Positions 53,523-63,011 of a stretch of 64,000 nt of DNA are shown here, piece by piece. The notes under the pieces are model-generated. The model was not told the DNA's origin, did not search any database, and worked only from the letters and a program-made list of their open reading frames with translations. Location of the stretch: the IMG/VR virus record IMGVR_UViG_3300013094_004547, positions 1 to 64,000 of that record, one strand, 5' to 3'. The first letter of the stretch is position 1; each line of letters starts with the position of its first letter. The stretch comes from a virus. The position numbers and the translations under genes were made by a program.

Positions 53523-53871
53523 GGCGGGCGCCTTCTTCAGGCAAGGCTGGAGCGCTTGGCCGCGAAGCCGGTCAGGGCTCGGGCACAATGAGATCCGGCG
53601 TCAGAATCGCTGGGTCAGCGCGACGTCGGGTCGGCGGAATAGTCGGGATCTCGCGGCGCAGACCGAGCCGTCAGCCTCCGCCGAAAAGGACGGCGTCTGG
53701 AGACGGCAGCTCAGGACCTGCGGAGGGCCGGATCTCGTCCGGACCGGGCGGCATCAGTCGGGCACGAGGCGGGGACCTGACGCAGGGCGCGCGAGGATCA
53801 ATGGGGCCTCGCGCGGGGGGGCCGCGGGGCAGGGGCCAGAGCTGCTGGATCATGGCGTCAGCGCTCCGGGA

Positions 53872-54330
53872 TCAGGCGGCGATCGTGGAGCCAGCGACAG
53901 GCGCATCGGGCTGCTGTGCGGCCGTCGGGGCGGGCGCTGCGCCGGTCGCGCCAATCCCAGTCGCGGGATCGGGCAGCAGCGCAGCGGCGGTAGCGCTGGA
54001 GCTGGAGGTGTCCGCCGCTGCCCCCGTGGCCGTGCCGTCCGCGCTCGCCGGCGCGAGCTTGGCGAGGATCGCGTCCGTGCTGGCGATCGACGCGTCGAGC
54101 TCGGTCGTGTCGATCGCCGCCGGCGCGGCCGTGGCCAGGGTCTTCAGCATGTCGCTGTGCGCCTTCTGGGTCTCGAAGACGCCGACCAGGACCTCGGCGA
54201 TGACGGCGTTCTGCGCCTCGATCCGGGCGACCGATGCTTCGATGCTCATGAGCTTGCCTGTGAGGTCGCCGAGGAAGGCCCGGATGGACGGGCGACCGCG
54301 TCCGAACGGGGAGAGGGAGAGGAGGCCCAC
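53872..54330 (-). CDS. Hypothetical coiled-coil protein
   Basis: 152 aa; high GC3; in operon. Confidence 0.6.
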   Translation of the reverse strand: MGLLSLSPFGRGRPSIRAFLGDLTGKLMSIEASVARIEAQNAVIAEVLVGVFETQKAHSDMLKTLATAAPAAIDTTELDASIASTDAILAKLAPASADGTATGAAADTSSSSATAAALLPDPATGIGATGAAPAPTAAQQPDAPVAGSTIAA

Positions 54331-54333
54331 CGC

Positions 54334-54708
54334 TTAAGCCTGCGGGGACGGGATGGCCGGGGCGGCAACCGCGAGGGCGGGATCGATGCCGGTGGCGGGC
54401 TCGGGAATCGCAGGTGCGGGCACGGCGGCCGCGCTCGCGCCGATACGCGGCGTCCCGCCCGGACCCTGGTCCGGGCCAAGGAGATCGAGTCGCCGCAGCG
54501 TGTCGGCTTGGCGGGCACCGGCCAGCGCCAGGCAGTCGATGATGCCGAGGTTGTTGAGCCGAATGGCAGCGGAGGTCGCCGAGGTGTTGAGCTCCAGCGC
54601 GTCGTTCTTGATGCGCAGGTCCTGGATGATGTCGGCCAGCAGCTCCTCGAGCTTTCGACCCGTCGGGTTGCCGGCCGACATCAGCACCTTGGTGGTGGGC
54701 GTGCTCAT
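54334..54708 (-). CDS. Hypothetical phage protein
   Basis: LMSAGNPTGRKLEELL motif; GAGG RBS. Confidence 0.7.
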   Translation of the reverse strand: MSTPTTKVLMSAGNPTGRKLEELLADIIQDLRIKNDALELNTSATSAAIRLNNLGIIDCLALAGARQADTLRRLDLLGPDQGPGGTPRIGASAAAVPAPAIPEPATGIDPALAVAAPAIPSPQA

Positions 54709-54831
54709 CGATGACCTCGGGAGGGTTGCCGCGCGCAGGCGGAGGGGCGGCCGGGAGAGGCCGTGAATCGAGTCGCAGCTGGAGTCTGGCGGGAGTCGGG
54801 GCCGCTCTGCGGCCTGCTCCCGGGCGCCACG

Positions 54832-55365
54832 TTAGGCGTCCGGTCCGGGTGACGCCGGCAGCGTCGGGGGTTCAGTCGTGTTACCGAGCTGATCACGAAG
54901 CGGGCATTCGAAGTCACACCACTCCGACCCCGCGTTTATGCAGGTGCCGTTGCCGGTCTGGCCGCAGTCGTCGGCCGGGTCATAGTCGTCCGGCTCGTCG
55001 TTCCAGTCGTCGGGTTCGGGATAGTCGAGGTCGTGCTCGTCCATCTCGGCTTGGAGGCGCTGGGTCTGACGCCCCTTGCACGCCCCGCACACGCGGTAGG
55101 TTAGCCCGCTCAGCCCTTCGTCGTAGCAGCGTGTCCAGACGAGGTCGGTCACGTTGGCTTTGCACCAGTCACAGGTGCCGCTGTGCGCTTCCTCGGTCGC
55201 CTCGTAGGCACGATCCGCCTCCAGGCACTCCTGGCACATGAGGATCGTCTCGCAGCCGAAGCTGTCCGTCTCGCCCTGGATGTTGGCGATGGCCGAGCGC
55301 TCGGGGTGCTCGTCGCACCTCGCGCCATCGGGTAGCGGGTGGCGGCGTCCGGGTAAGCCGCTCAT
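54832..55365 (-). CDS. Cys-rich hypothetical phage protein
   Basis: CDEHP...QGETDSFGCE...CQEC...CDWC...VCGAC. Confidence 0.7.
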   Translation of the reverse strand: MSGLPGRRHPLPDGARCDEHPERSAIANIQGETDSFGCETILMCQECLEADRAYEATEEAHSGTCDWCKANVTDLVWTRCYDEGLSGLTYRVCGACKGRQTQRLQAEMDEHDLDYPEPDDWNDEPDDYDPADDCGQTGNGTCINAGSEWCDFECPLRDQLGNTTEPPTLPASPGPDA

Positions 55366-56224
55366 TCGGCCGCCTCGCTCATCGCGGGCGGAGCGGCGTA
55401 CAGATTCGTGAAGTCCGGCCGGGCGAGCCGCTGAAAGGCCTCGCCGTAGGGGGGGTACGAGCAGGCACGCACCAGGTCATAGAAGCCCTCCGGCTTCTCG
55501 CTGTTGGCGCCCACCGGCCAATCGTGATCGGTCCGGGTCGAGCGGGCGGCTGACCGCGTCTTCAGCTCGCCCCGCACGGCGAAGATCACCTGCTCGGTCG
55601 TGTTCCGGAAGTAGCGGCCGAGGCCGAGATCCCTCTTCGTCCAGGTGTGGAGCGTCTTGTGCTGGAAGCCCCAGGCCGGGAGCAGGTTGAGGGCGAGCCC
55701 GATCGTGTTGTTGGTCGCCCAGAGGTAGAGGTGGCAATTGTCCTCGGCCCAGGATTCGACGGGCATCGCCGCGATGTCGGCGATCGACATGGTCGCGTAA
55801 TCGTGCCCGCTGGATTCGGAGATGTTGTCCTCCTGCCAGGGCGGATCGAACACGAGGGTGCGAAAACGGCCTTCGACCGGAGCGAGGTCCAGAATCCGGA
55901 TCTCGTCGCGCATGCGCAGGAGCTTGGTGTGCGGGCCGTCGACGCGGCCCTTGGCGTCCATCTCGGCGAGCAGCGGCCGAACCGGTCCGGATCGGCCGCG
56001 GCCGCCTCGCACACGTCCATGATCTTCCGGAGCTGCCGGCCGGAGATGTCAAACCGGCGCCCGATTGCGTCCAGCGTCAGGGAAGGGCGTGAAACTTTCA
56101 CGACCTTGAGGCCGCCCTTGCCGCCCGCCGCCATGCGATCGCGCGCCGCCTCCTGCTCCTTGTCCAGGAGGGAGCGGGCCATCGTGTCGATCTCGCTGGG
56201 GACGAAACGCAAAGCGCCCGGCAT
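55362..56224 (-). pseudogene. ParB-type HTH / MT-A70 (m6A) methyltransferase fusion with a 1-bp frameshift at ~55975
   Basis: DPPW, HLYLWATN, WGF, W.K, GLGRYFRNTTE, SEKPE; HTH part in the adjacent frame joins at TTCGGC(C)CGCTG. Confidence 0.75.
56083..56107. promoter_or_regulatory. 25-bp palindrome AAGGGCGTGAAA-C-TTTCACGACCTT inside the HTH-MTase gene
   Basis: Near-perfect dyad; shares AAG-N2-CGTGAAACTTTCACG-N2-CTT with 8925-8949. Confidence 0.6.
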
Positions 56225-56327
56225 CAGGCTTCCCTGGAGGGGTGACGGAGTACGAGTGGAGGCGCGCGAGTGAGCGCGCCGGGACGTCATGCCGACGTGA
56301 AACCAGGCATGAGCGACTGGGCCGCCA

Positions 56328-56736
56328 TCAGACGAACCCCCGCCGCAGCGGTACGCGCAGGGCCTTCTCGGCCGCCCGACCCTCGCGTCGCGCCTGCCAC
56401 CGCAGAGCGATGAGCAGCCCGAGCTGGACCGGCGCCGTGAGCAGCGCGGCGAAGCTCGGATGCACCATGATCGCGGTTACGACGACGACCGCGATCAGGA
56501 GCCAGAGGGAGAGAGAGCGGGCGGCCATGTCAGCGCTCTCCCGCCGCGCTGAAGCCGCGGATGCAGTGCGAATCCCCGTTCGCCCCGCTCACGACGATCA
56601 CGGTGCCACCGCCGCGGATGCAGGCCTCGCGCAGGGCCGTCTCCTGCAACGAGCAGGAGTTCGCGGCCCAGGCGATGATGCCGACGATCGCGACGGCCGC
56701 GGCCCCGACGGAGAGGGTGTGGAGGACGTCCATCAC
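56328..56736 (-). other. Two small membrane-protein genes (56328-56528, 56530-56736)
   Basis: Hydrophobic short ORFs tightly packed after the TAXI gene. Confidence 0.55.
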
Positions 56737-56740
56737 AGCC

Positions 56741-57628
56741 TCAGTTCTGAGGCTGGGCGATCGCCTGGATCTGCGGCTTGGCGGCCGTGAAGGCGCGCAG
56801 CAGCTGATCGTAGGCGCGCTCGTTGGCGTTCACCCAGGGCAGCGCGGTGACGAACAAGGCGTCGACCGCGATGGTGTCGAGGGTCTTGGTGCCGAACACG
56901 AGGCCGCCTGGCTGGATTCGCGGGTACGTGCCGGCCGGGATCTCGCCGTAGCCGTAGACCGGCTGGCCGCGGGCATCCTTGGCCGAGCCCACCATCTCGC
57001 GGTCGTCGGAGCGGACGAGCACCACGCGGTCCCCTTGAGCCTGGGCGTCGTTCTTGATGAACGACGCGTTGAGCGCGCCGACCCACAGGGCGCACTGCAC
57101 CTGGCTGCCGTCGGCGACGGCCGAGAGCGCCCGCACGCCCGAGCGGGTGTCGACGTTCACCGGCCCGAAGCGCTTCTTGTCGGCAAGCGCGAACGCGTCC
57201 CACGTGGTGCGGCCGCCCGAGCCGTCGGGGCCCACCGCCACCGTGGTGGCCTTGCCGAGGTCCGTGATCCGCGAGACCCCAGCGGCCCGGTTGCACAGCA
57301 GGTGGACCTGCTCCTGGTAGAGCACGCCGGCCCGCTCGATCGTGGAGAGCGCGGCCGCGTTCTTCGAACTGTAGACCAGCAGCGCGTCGGACTGGACGAA
57401 GGCGCCGTCACACTGCCCGGCGGTGATCTTGTCCAGGTTGTCGAGCGAGCCCTGGGTCGGGACCACCTCGAGCTTCAAGCTTCCGGCCTTGCTCTTCAGG
57501 ATGTGGCCGGCCCGGAAGTAGTTGCCGGATTCGGAGCCGGTGCAGAGGCGGAAAGCCGGCGGCTCGGCCGCGAGGGCGGCAGAGGAACCGGCGAGGACGA
57601 AGGCGAGGGCAGCGAGCGAAGCGCGCAT
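56741..57628 (-). CDS. TAXI-family TRAP solute-binding protein
   Basis: Signal peptide; TGSESGNY, TQGSLDNL, VQSD, LYQEQVHL, VAVGPDGSG. Confidence 0.85.
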   Translation of the reverse strand: MRASLAALAFVLAGSSAALAAEPPAFRLCTGSESGNYFRAGHILKSKAGSLKLEVVPTQGSLDNLDKITAGQCDGAFVQSDALLVYSSKNAAALSTIERAGVLYQEQVHLLCNRAAGVSRITDLGKATTVAVGPDGSGGRTTWDAFALADKKRFGPVNVDTRSGVRALSAVADGSQVQCALWVGALNASFIKNDAQAQGDRVVLVRSDDREMVGSAKDARGQPVYGYGEIPAGTYPRIQPGGLVFGTKTLDTIAVDALFVTALPWVNANERAYDQLLRAFTAAKPQIQAIAQPQN

Positions 57629-57831
57629 GGACGTGACTCAGGCTCCGGGTGGTGGGTGGAGGTCGGTGTGCTGGCCGCGCGACCAGAGGCGCGGGTCCCA
57701 TTCCCGGGCTCGCGTCTGCAGGCGGCGGGAGCAGGCCAGGATCGGCGTCGCGATCCAGCCGATCGCCAGGAACGGCACGGCCAAAGCCTGAAGGCACGCG
57801 GCGAGCCCGCGTAGGACGAAGGCGGCTGCGA

Positions 57832-58260
57832 TCATCGCCCGCCCCAGACTTCAGCGAGCTGCTGCCGGATCGTGGCTGCCTGACGCTCCAAGCGCGCCTG
57901 CCGGCAGACGCGCGCCGCCTCCTGCAGGGAGGCCGGCGACGCGTCCGGATTCACGAACACGAACAGCTCGGGCCCGTAGACCTCGATCAGCCGGTGGTAC
58001 GTGTTGCCCGACGGCGATGACGTACCGGACAGCCACTTCTCGACCGTCTTGGCCGAGATCTGTGTGTCTGCCTCGATGCAGGCGGCGGTCTTCTGCGGGT
58101 GGATCGTCCGCAGGAACTCGGCGATGCGCGCGCCGAAAATCTGGGGTTCGAGTACCCCAAGGTTTCGGAAGACTCCCTCAGATCTTCGCACGGGATTCCT
58201 CGATGCTGTGGGCATCGAGGAGCGGCCAATCGGGCCGGTCGGAAAAAGCGAGGCGGTCAT
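57832..58260 (-). CDS. CII-like HTH regulator
   Basis: FLR..HPQKTA...ADTQISAKTVEKWL.G.S.P; downstream of cro. Confidence 0.65.
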   Translation of the reverse strand: MTASLFPTGPIGRSSMPTASRNPVRRSEGVFRNLGVLEPQIFGARIAEFLRTIHPQKTAACIEADTQISAKTVEKWLSGTSSPSGNTYHRLIEVYGPELFVFVNPDASPASLQEAARVCRQARLERQAATIRQQLAEVWGGR

Positions 58261-58571
58261 TGATCGTCCCTCGCGAGGAGGTCGACGGAACGATGATCGA
58301 GGTCACGCGCCAGCGCTTGGAGGCTGATGGGCGCGTGAGACACGGCAGGGGCGGTCCGCGTGATGCGGGCCGCCTCGACGTTTGGGAGCTGGGCTGCGGA
58401 TGCCCAGTGCAGCAGGAAGAAGCCGGTCCCCGCCACCAGCAGCCATGCGGCTATGCGGGCGCACGGCTGGCCGACAGCGCGATCCGCACGGTTGATATGG
58501 CCAAGCTGCGCGAACAGCGCGGCCCAGACGGCAGCCTCGACGCACAGGATCGGCGAGAGCCAACCGGGCAT
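58257..58571 (-). CDS. Hypothetical membrane protein
   Basis: Two hydrophobic segments; coupled to neighbours. Confidence 0.5.
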   Translation of the reverse strand: MPGWLSPILCVEAAVWAALFAQLGHINRADRAVGQPCARIAAWLLVAGTGFFLLHWASAAQLPNVEAARITRTAPAVSHAPISLQALARDLDHRSVDLLARDDQ

Positions 58572-59149
58572 CAGGCGCCTCCCGCGGTTGGCACCGCTGG
58601 GAGGAGACGAGCCCCCGGAGCTTGGTTTTGGAGACCGGCCCGCGCCCACACGCTCAGCAATTGGGTGCTGTCTCTCCAGCTGTCACCGCTCATAGGTTGC
58701 TTCGGCTGCGGTTCCCGGCAGTGGGCCGTACTCCCACTCTCAGACGCCCCATCGGGCGAATTACTGCCCGGCACGAAGCCGGGACCGGAGGCCGAGGTCA
58801 GGCCGTCGCCATCACCCGTCGCTTCCGGCACGACCTTCTCAACGGACTGGCTCGGAAGGGCCGTCGCCCAGTCCCCACCGTCGCCCTGGTCGCCTCGGGC
58901 CGCTCTTGCCGCGCCATCGCGCGTATCTGGTTCTTCGTCCTCCAAAGGCGGCCGGAGCCCGAAGGCCCCGGCCAAGTCCAGGGAGGAAACGCCCACCATG
59001 GGGCATCTCCGGTCGGCGGACGCCATACCGACGGCCGGAGCTGGGGCGACGCGCTTGCCGGAGGCTCGCGATGCGTCGAAGCTGTGAGGATGGAGAGTCG
59101 GGTTGGGGCCCGACTCTCCTCGCGACCACCCATGCAGTTGGAGGCGACC

Positions 59150-59395
59150 ATGAGCGACCGCGATCTGCGGGCGAGGATCGACGACTTGGAGGCCGAGATG
59201 ATCGCACAGCGGTTCGCCGTGCACGCGATCATCGACAGCCTCAGGGCCATGCCGGACGATCAGCAGTTCAAGGACATCCACTACCACGCGATGGGCAATC
59301 TGGCCGTCTCGCTGGCAGACAAGCCGATCTGGCCGGCGGCCAAGAAGGCCTTGGAGCTGATCTTCAGAGAAGCGATCCCCGACGAAAACCATTAG
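59150..59395 (+). CDS. Small hypothetical protein inserted antisense in the cro operon
   Basis: GGAGG RBS, 81 aa, high GC3. Confidence 0.6.
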   Translation: MSDRDLRARIDDLEAEMIAQRFAVHAIIDSLRAMPDDQQFKDIHYHAMGNLAVSLADKPIWPAAKKALELIFREAIPDENH

Positions 59396-59697
59396 GCCGC
59401 CCCCGCCTTTGCTTCGGCCAAGAGCTGGCAGAGGCGGTTATTCAGCGCCTGTGCCTCGTCGAGTGTGAGGGAGAGGCGGCGCCACGAGTTCTCCACGGGA
59501 GCGTGGCCCGTGCGGAAGGCCGTCAGCTCGTGCTCCATCACCGTGATGCGACGGGCATAGGGGTCGTAGGTCGCCTCGATCCACGACTCGCAATCGGTCA
59601 CGCTGGTGGTGCGGAAGCGTCGGCGAAAGCCGGTGGCCGTGGCCTCGTGGTCAAGGCATTCGACGCGCTCGTCGCGGATGAGGTCGGAGCCGGACAT
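59392..59697 (-). CDS. Hypothetical protein after cro
   Basis: Start coupled to the cro stop (TGATG). Confidence 0.6.
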   Translation of the reverse strand: MSGSDLIRDERVECLDHEATATGFRRRFRTTSVTDCESWIEATYDPYARRITVMEHELTAFRTGHAPVENSWRRLSLTLDEAQALNNRLCQLLAEAKAGAA

Positions 59698-59915
59698 CAG
59701 GCAGCAGCCCCCTCGGTGGGGGCGGCGTCGCGAACCCAGTCACGAAGGCCAACCGAGCCCTGGGTGACTTCTTCGATGCGGATGGCGACTTCGATCGAGG
59801 GGCCACGCTCTCCGTACTTCAGCTTCCGAATGCCATGCGCAGTGATCCTGCCGACGCGCTTCGCCATGGCGAAGTCGTCGAGGTTCTCGGAGCGCATGTA
59901 GTCGATGAGCCTCAT
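59697..59915 (-). CDS. cro: Cro-like repressor
   Basis: MRLIDYM...MAKRVG...IRKLKYGERGPS...IEEVTQGSV...DW; divergent from cI. Confidence 0.8.
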   Translation of the reverse strand: MRLIDYMRSENLDDFAMAKRVGRITAHGIRKLKYGERGPSIEVAIRIEEVTQGSVGLRDWVRDAAPTEGAAA

Positions 59916-59928
59916 ACCCCACAGAATT

Positions 59929-60010
59929 GCCCTCAAAGGGAAAGAACGTCAACCCCTACAAGGGGAAGGACGCGCGGCGCTTAGATGCTCCATCAATCCC
60001 CTTATGGGGA
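59929..60010. promoter_or_regulatory. OR operators (CCCCT-N3-AGGGG type) and pR
   Basis: 59929-59941 GCCCTCAAAGGGA, 59953-59965 CCCCTACAAGGGG, 59998-60010 CCCCTTATGGGGA; minus-strand TTGACG -35 at 59947-59952. Confidence 0.75.
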
Positions 60011-60702
60011 ACAGCTTACGAGCGCTGCGAACAAAGCGAGGCTGGACGCACGATCAGGCGGCGTCCGAGATGGGTGTTTCGCGCGGCCAGTTCATTAAGC
60101 TTGAGCGCGGGGAGCGGGGGCTGACCGAGCGAACAATTGCGCTCGCGGCCAAGGCGTTTGGCGTGCCTAGGGCCGAAGTCATCGAAGACGGCATAGCAGG
60201 GGACGTTCGGACGGTAACGCCTGCGGCGCCGCCGACATCCAACGTGCGTATATCGGACAGCGATGTTGGCTTGAGTCTCGCCAAACTAAAGGGGCCACGC
60301 GACGTACCGGTCCTCGGTACCGGTGTCTGCGGGGATGATGGCGACTTCCGCTTCAACGGCGAGACGATCGATTACGCGCCGCGGCCGCCCGGCATCGAGG
60401 GCAAGAAGGATGTGTTCGTCGTTTACGTCGTCGGCGACAGCATGGCCGAGCGCTACGAGGACGGCGATCCGCTCTACGTCGACCCTCACCGCCGCCCGAA
60501 GCCGCGGGACATCGTCATCGTCGAGCTGAAGGCGCCGAGCGATGGCGAGCCAGGCAGCGCATTCGTGAAGCGTCTCGTGCGCCGGGCCGGCGGCAAGATC
60601 GTCGTTGAGCAGTTCAACCCGCCCAAGGAGCTCGTCTTCGATGAGGATGAGGTGGCGCGGCTGCACCGTGTCATACCATGGATCGAGCTGATCGGGATGT
60701 GA
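60004..60702 (+). CDS. cI: CI-like repressor (XRE HTH plus S24 peptidase)
   Basis: LRALR..RGWT..QAA..MGVSR...LERGER; GVCG cleavage-site region; GDSM (Ser); FVKRL (Lys). Confidence 0.92.
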   Translation: MGNSLRALRTKRGWTHDQAASEMGVSRGQFIKLERGERGLTERTIALAAKAFGVPRAEVIEDGIAGDVRTVTPAAPPTSNVRISDSDVGLSLAKLKGPRDVPVLGTGVCGDDGDFRFNGETIDYAPRPPGIEGKKDVFVVYVVGDSMAERYEDGDPLYVDPHRRPKPRDIVIVELKAPSDGEPGSAFVKRLVRRAGGKIVVEQFNPPKELVFDEDEVARLHRVIPWIELIGM

Positions 60703-61235
60703 TGGTCATGCCCCAGTCCTTGGTCGTCGCCGCCTCTGCTGCTGTTCTCATCTGTGCCGTTTGTGGGACCGCGGACGCTAAGGACGGGCACGGCCTGAAC
60801 CTCGACAAGCCGGGCCTGATAGATGCCGTCGCCAGTGCTCTCTACCCATACCAGGCACAGGAGAGCTTCACGCGAGTCGACGACGAAACTGTCCTCGTTG
60901 AGATAATGAGCGGCTTCATTTTGCAACTGCAGAAACTGCCGAGCCGCGATTGTGCGTTCCAGTCTCGTAAGTTGAATGAGAGCAATCCAGTCATCCAGCA
61001 ATACAATTTCGACCAGCTGACCGGGGCGTATCGCACCACGAGCGCTGGTGGAACCACCAACATCTTGTTCGAGGGCGAAGGTGCCTGGTGCGACAAGGGC
61101 AAGAATGGCCCGCAGTGCTGGAACTCGATCCACGTCCCCGTCTACGGCCTGAATGATAGCCGCAAGGTCATGCGGGCCATGGCCTTCATCCAACAGAACT
61201 TCTGTCCTCAGGCGAAACCGGGGAGGCCGTTCTAA
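60702..61235 (+). CDS. Secreted/periplasmic protein coupled to cI
   Basis: TGATG overlap; signal peptide ending ADA; four Cys in the mature part. Confidence 0.72.
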   Translation: MVMPQSLVVAASAAVLICAVCGTADAKDGHGLNLDKPGLIDAVASALYPYQAQESFTRVDDETVLVEIMSGFILQLQKLPSRDCAFQSRKLNESNPVIQQYNFDQLTGAYRTTSAGGTTNILFEGEGAWCDKGKNGPQCWNSIHVPVYGLNDSRKVMRAMAFIQQNFCPQAKPGRPF

Positions 61236-61495
61236 TGACCGAGCTCCAGCCCTTCCGCCCCGACAAGGCCGCCGACCTCCAGCTCGGCGAACTCCACACA
61301 GATTTCATCCTGCCGATCTGCCTGCCGGATCCCGAGCTGCAGGTCGGGGATGCCCTGGCCGTCCTGGTGGTGACCACCGTGGAAGGGCACCGGGTGGGGT
61401 TGCCGATCGGGGTGAATGCGCTGGAGCACCTGCGGGTGGTCGTGGAGGCGGGACTTCTGTTGCGGCAGGCGCCGGAAGAGGGTGTGGCCCAGTGA
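61235..61495 (+). CDS. Hypothetical protein (86 aa)
   Basis: TAATG coupling. Confidence 0.6.
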   Translation: MTELQPFRPDKAADLQLGELHTDFILPICLPDPELQVGDALAVLVVTTVEGHRVGLPIGVNALEHLRVVVEAGLLLRQAPEEGVAQ

Positions 61496-61513
61496 AACCC
61501 AAGCGTTCACGCC

Positions 61514-62377
61514 ATGGCCACGCCCATGCTTGAGAGGCTTCGGAACTCTTACAAGCGCACCAAGGATGCAAACAGCCATTACTCGGTTCTCAACAACGCG
61601 TATCAGGTGTTAGTATGGGGTTTAAGCCTTGCTGGCGTTTCAGGATCCCTTGCAGGTTTTGTGTTTTCTCACATCAGTAATTTCTGGAGCGAGTACGGCT
61701 TGGCGGGCTCAATCGCCGTCGGGCTTGTCTTTTTCTTCGCAGCAGGACTGATTGGGTCGTTTCTAGCCCTTGTCGCAGCCATCGGCGAGGCTCGGAGCTC
61801 AAGCCACCAAGACACGCAACGTAGATCCGAAGTCACGCAGGTGCCTCTGGTAAGCTCGCCGGCGCGCGCTCCGAGATTTACAGACACCATGATGATAGCT
61901 GCTGGAATTGGCGCCGATGCTCCCGAGTTCAGAGCATCTTTCGGCAGGAATGGTAGAAATTCTACTATTTATCTACGATATAGTTACTTCATAAGCGGAT
62001 TTGGAGGGGCGGAATGGTCAGCTCCTGCAACTCTGACACTCTCGACCATTGATAGGTACATAAAAGGCGAGATCATAAGCGTGCCAATCGCTGCCTCAGT
62101 TGAAACTCCGGAGGGCCTTAGGTGGTTTTTTGGTACTGACCCTGAGCTCCAGAACGGCTTCCCGCGACGCATGATTGGCCCGAATATGTACTATCGAGGC
62201 TGCGTTATGATCGTCTCGGCCGACGACCAAACTGAGCAGTGTTTTTTCATTGGCGAAAGTACTTCGATGGACGTGAAACCGAAGATAATTGGCGAACATA
62301 TGTGGGAATTTGCTCGCGATCACAGTAGAGATGATACCGAGAACGGTAGCGTCGAAGCATTGTTTGTTGATCGCTAA
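61514..62377 (+). CDS. Two-TM membrane protein with soluble C-terminal domain, lower GC
   Basis: 287 aa; two N-terminal hydrophobic helices. Confidence 0.72.
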   Translation: MATPMLERLRNSYKRTKDANSHYSVLNNAYQVLVWGLSLAGVSGSLAGFVFSHISNFWSEYGLAGSIAVGLVFFFAAGLIGSFLALVAAIGEARSSSHQDTQRRSEVTQVPLVSSPARAPRFTDTMMIAAGIGADAPEFRASFGRNGRNSTIYLRYSYFISGFGGAEWSAPATLTLSTIDRYIKGEIISVPIAASVETPEGLRWFFGTDPELQNGFPRRMIGPNMYYRGCVMIVSADDQTEQCFFIGESTSMDVKPKIIGEHMWEFARDHSRDDTENGSVEALFVDR

Positions 62378-62383
62378 CGCTTA

Positions 62384-62774
62384 CCTCAGAACGGCAGCTG
62401 ATCCGCCAGCCCCGGCGGCACCTCTCCGAAGATCGCCGACGCCATGGCGCGTCCATTGCCTCTATTGTGGCCTCCCGCGGCAAATCCGTTAGCCGGCTCA
62501 CGTGATCAAGCCGAAGCTCAGAGCCTTCCTCGTGGCCGTCACCCAGCGGCGCGAAGCCGCGCGTGTCTATGCTGTGTTGGCGGCGACGCCGGACGAGGCG
62601 CTGGGGGCAGTTGCGCTGGTGGCGGTACCGCGGGCGACGCTGGAGATCGTCGGCGGCCTGTCACGTGACACCGCGCGGCGCCTCCACCTGAAGCCAGGCG
62701 AACTGCGCATCGTGTAATAGCCTCAGAACGGCAACTGATCCGCCAGGCCCGGCGGCACCTTCCCGAAGATGGCC
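62384..62774. repeat. 54-bp imperfect direct repeat (62384-62437 and 62721-62774)
   Basis: 49/54 identical; both encode AIFG.VPPGLADQLPF-stop on the minus strand. Confidence 0.8.
62502..62717 (+). CDS. Hypothetical protein (71 aa)
   Basis: GTG start; LSRD.ARRL.LKPGE ending. Confidence 0.6.
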   Translation: MIKPKLRAFLVAVTQRREAARVYAVLAATPDEALGAVALVAVPRATLEIVGGLSRDTARRLHLKPGELRIV

Positions 62775-62989
62775 AGCGTGATCGGCTCTCCACCGTCGTC
62801 GTAATCCGGGTCCACGACCGTGCGGGTGAAGGCGGCCGCGCCGATGGCTCGGCCGAGGCGGACCTTCTCTTCGGCAATCCTGCAGGCCTCCGCGGCCCCT
62901 TTGCAGTACAGGAAGCTGCCTTGCGCCAGCCGGCCTTTCACCAAGACGAACAGCTGGACACTATGGGCTACGATCGGCTGTAGGGACAT
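62723..62989 (-). CDS. Hypothetical protein, second gene of the LexA-box operon
   Basis: AGGAGG RBS before MSLQP. Confidence 0.7.
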   Translation of the reverse strand: MSLQPIVAHSVQLFVLVKGRLAQGSFLYCKGAAEACRIAEEKVRLGRAIGAAAFTRTVVDPDYDDGGEPITLAIFGKVPPGLADQLPF

Positions 62990-63011
62990 CGAACCGCCTC
63001 CTGTCGCTGAA

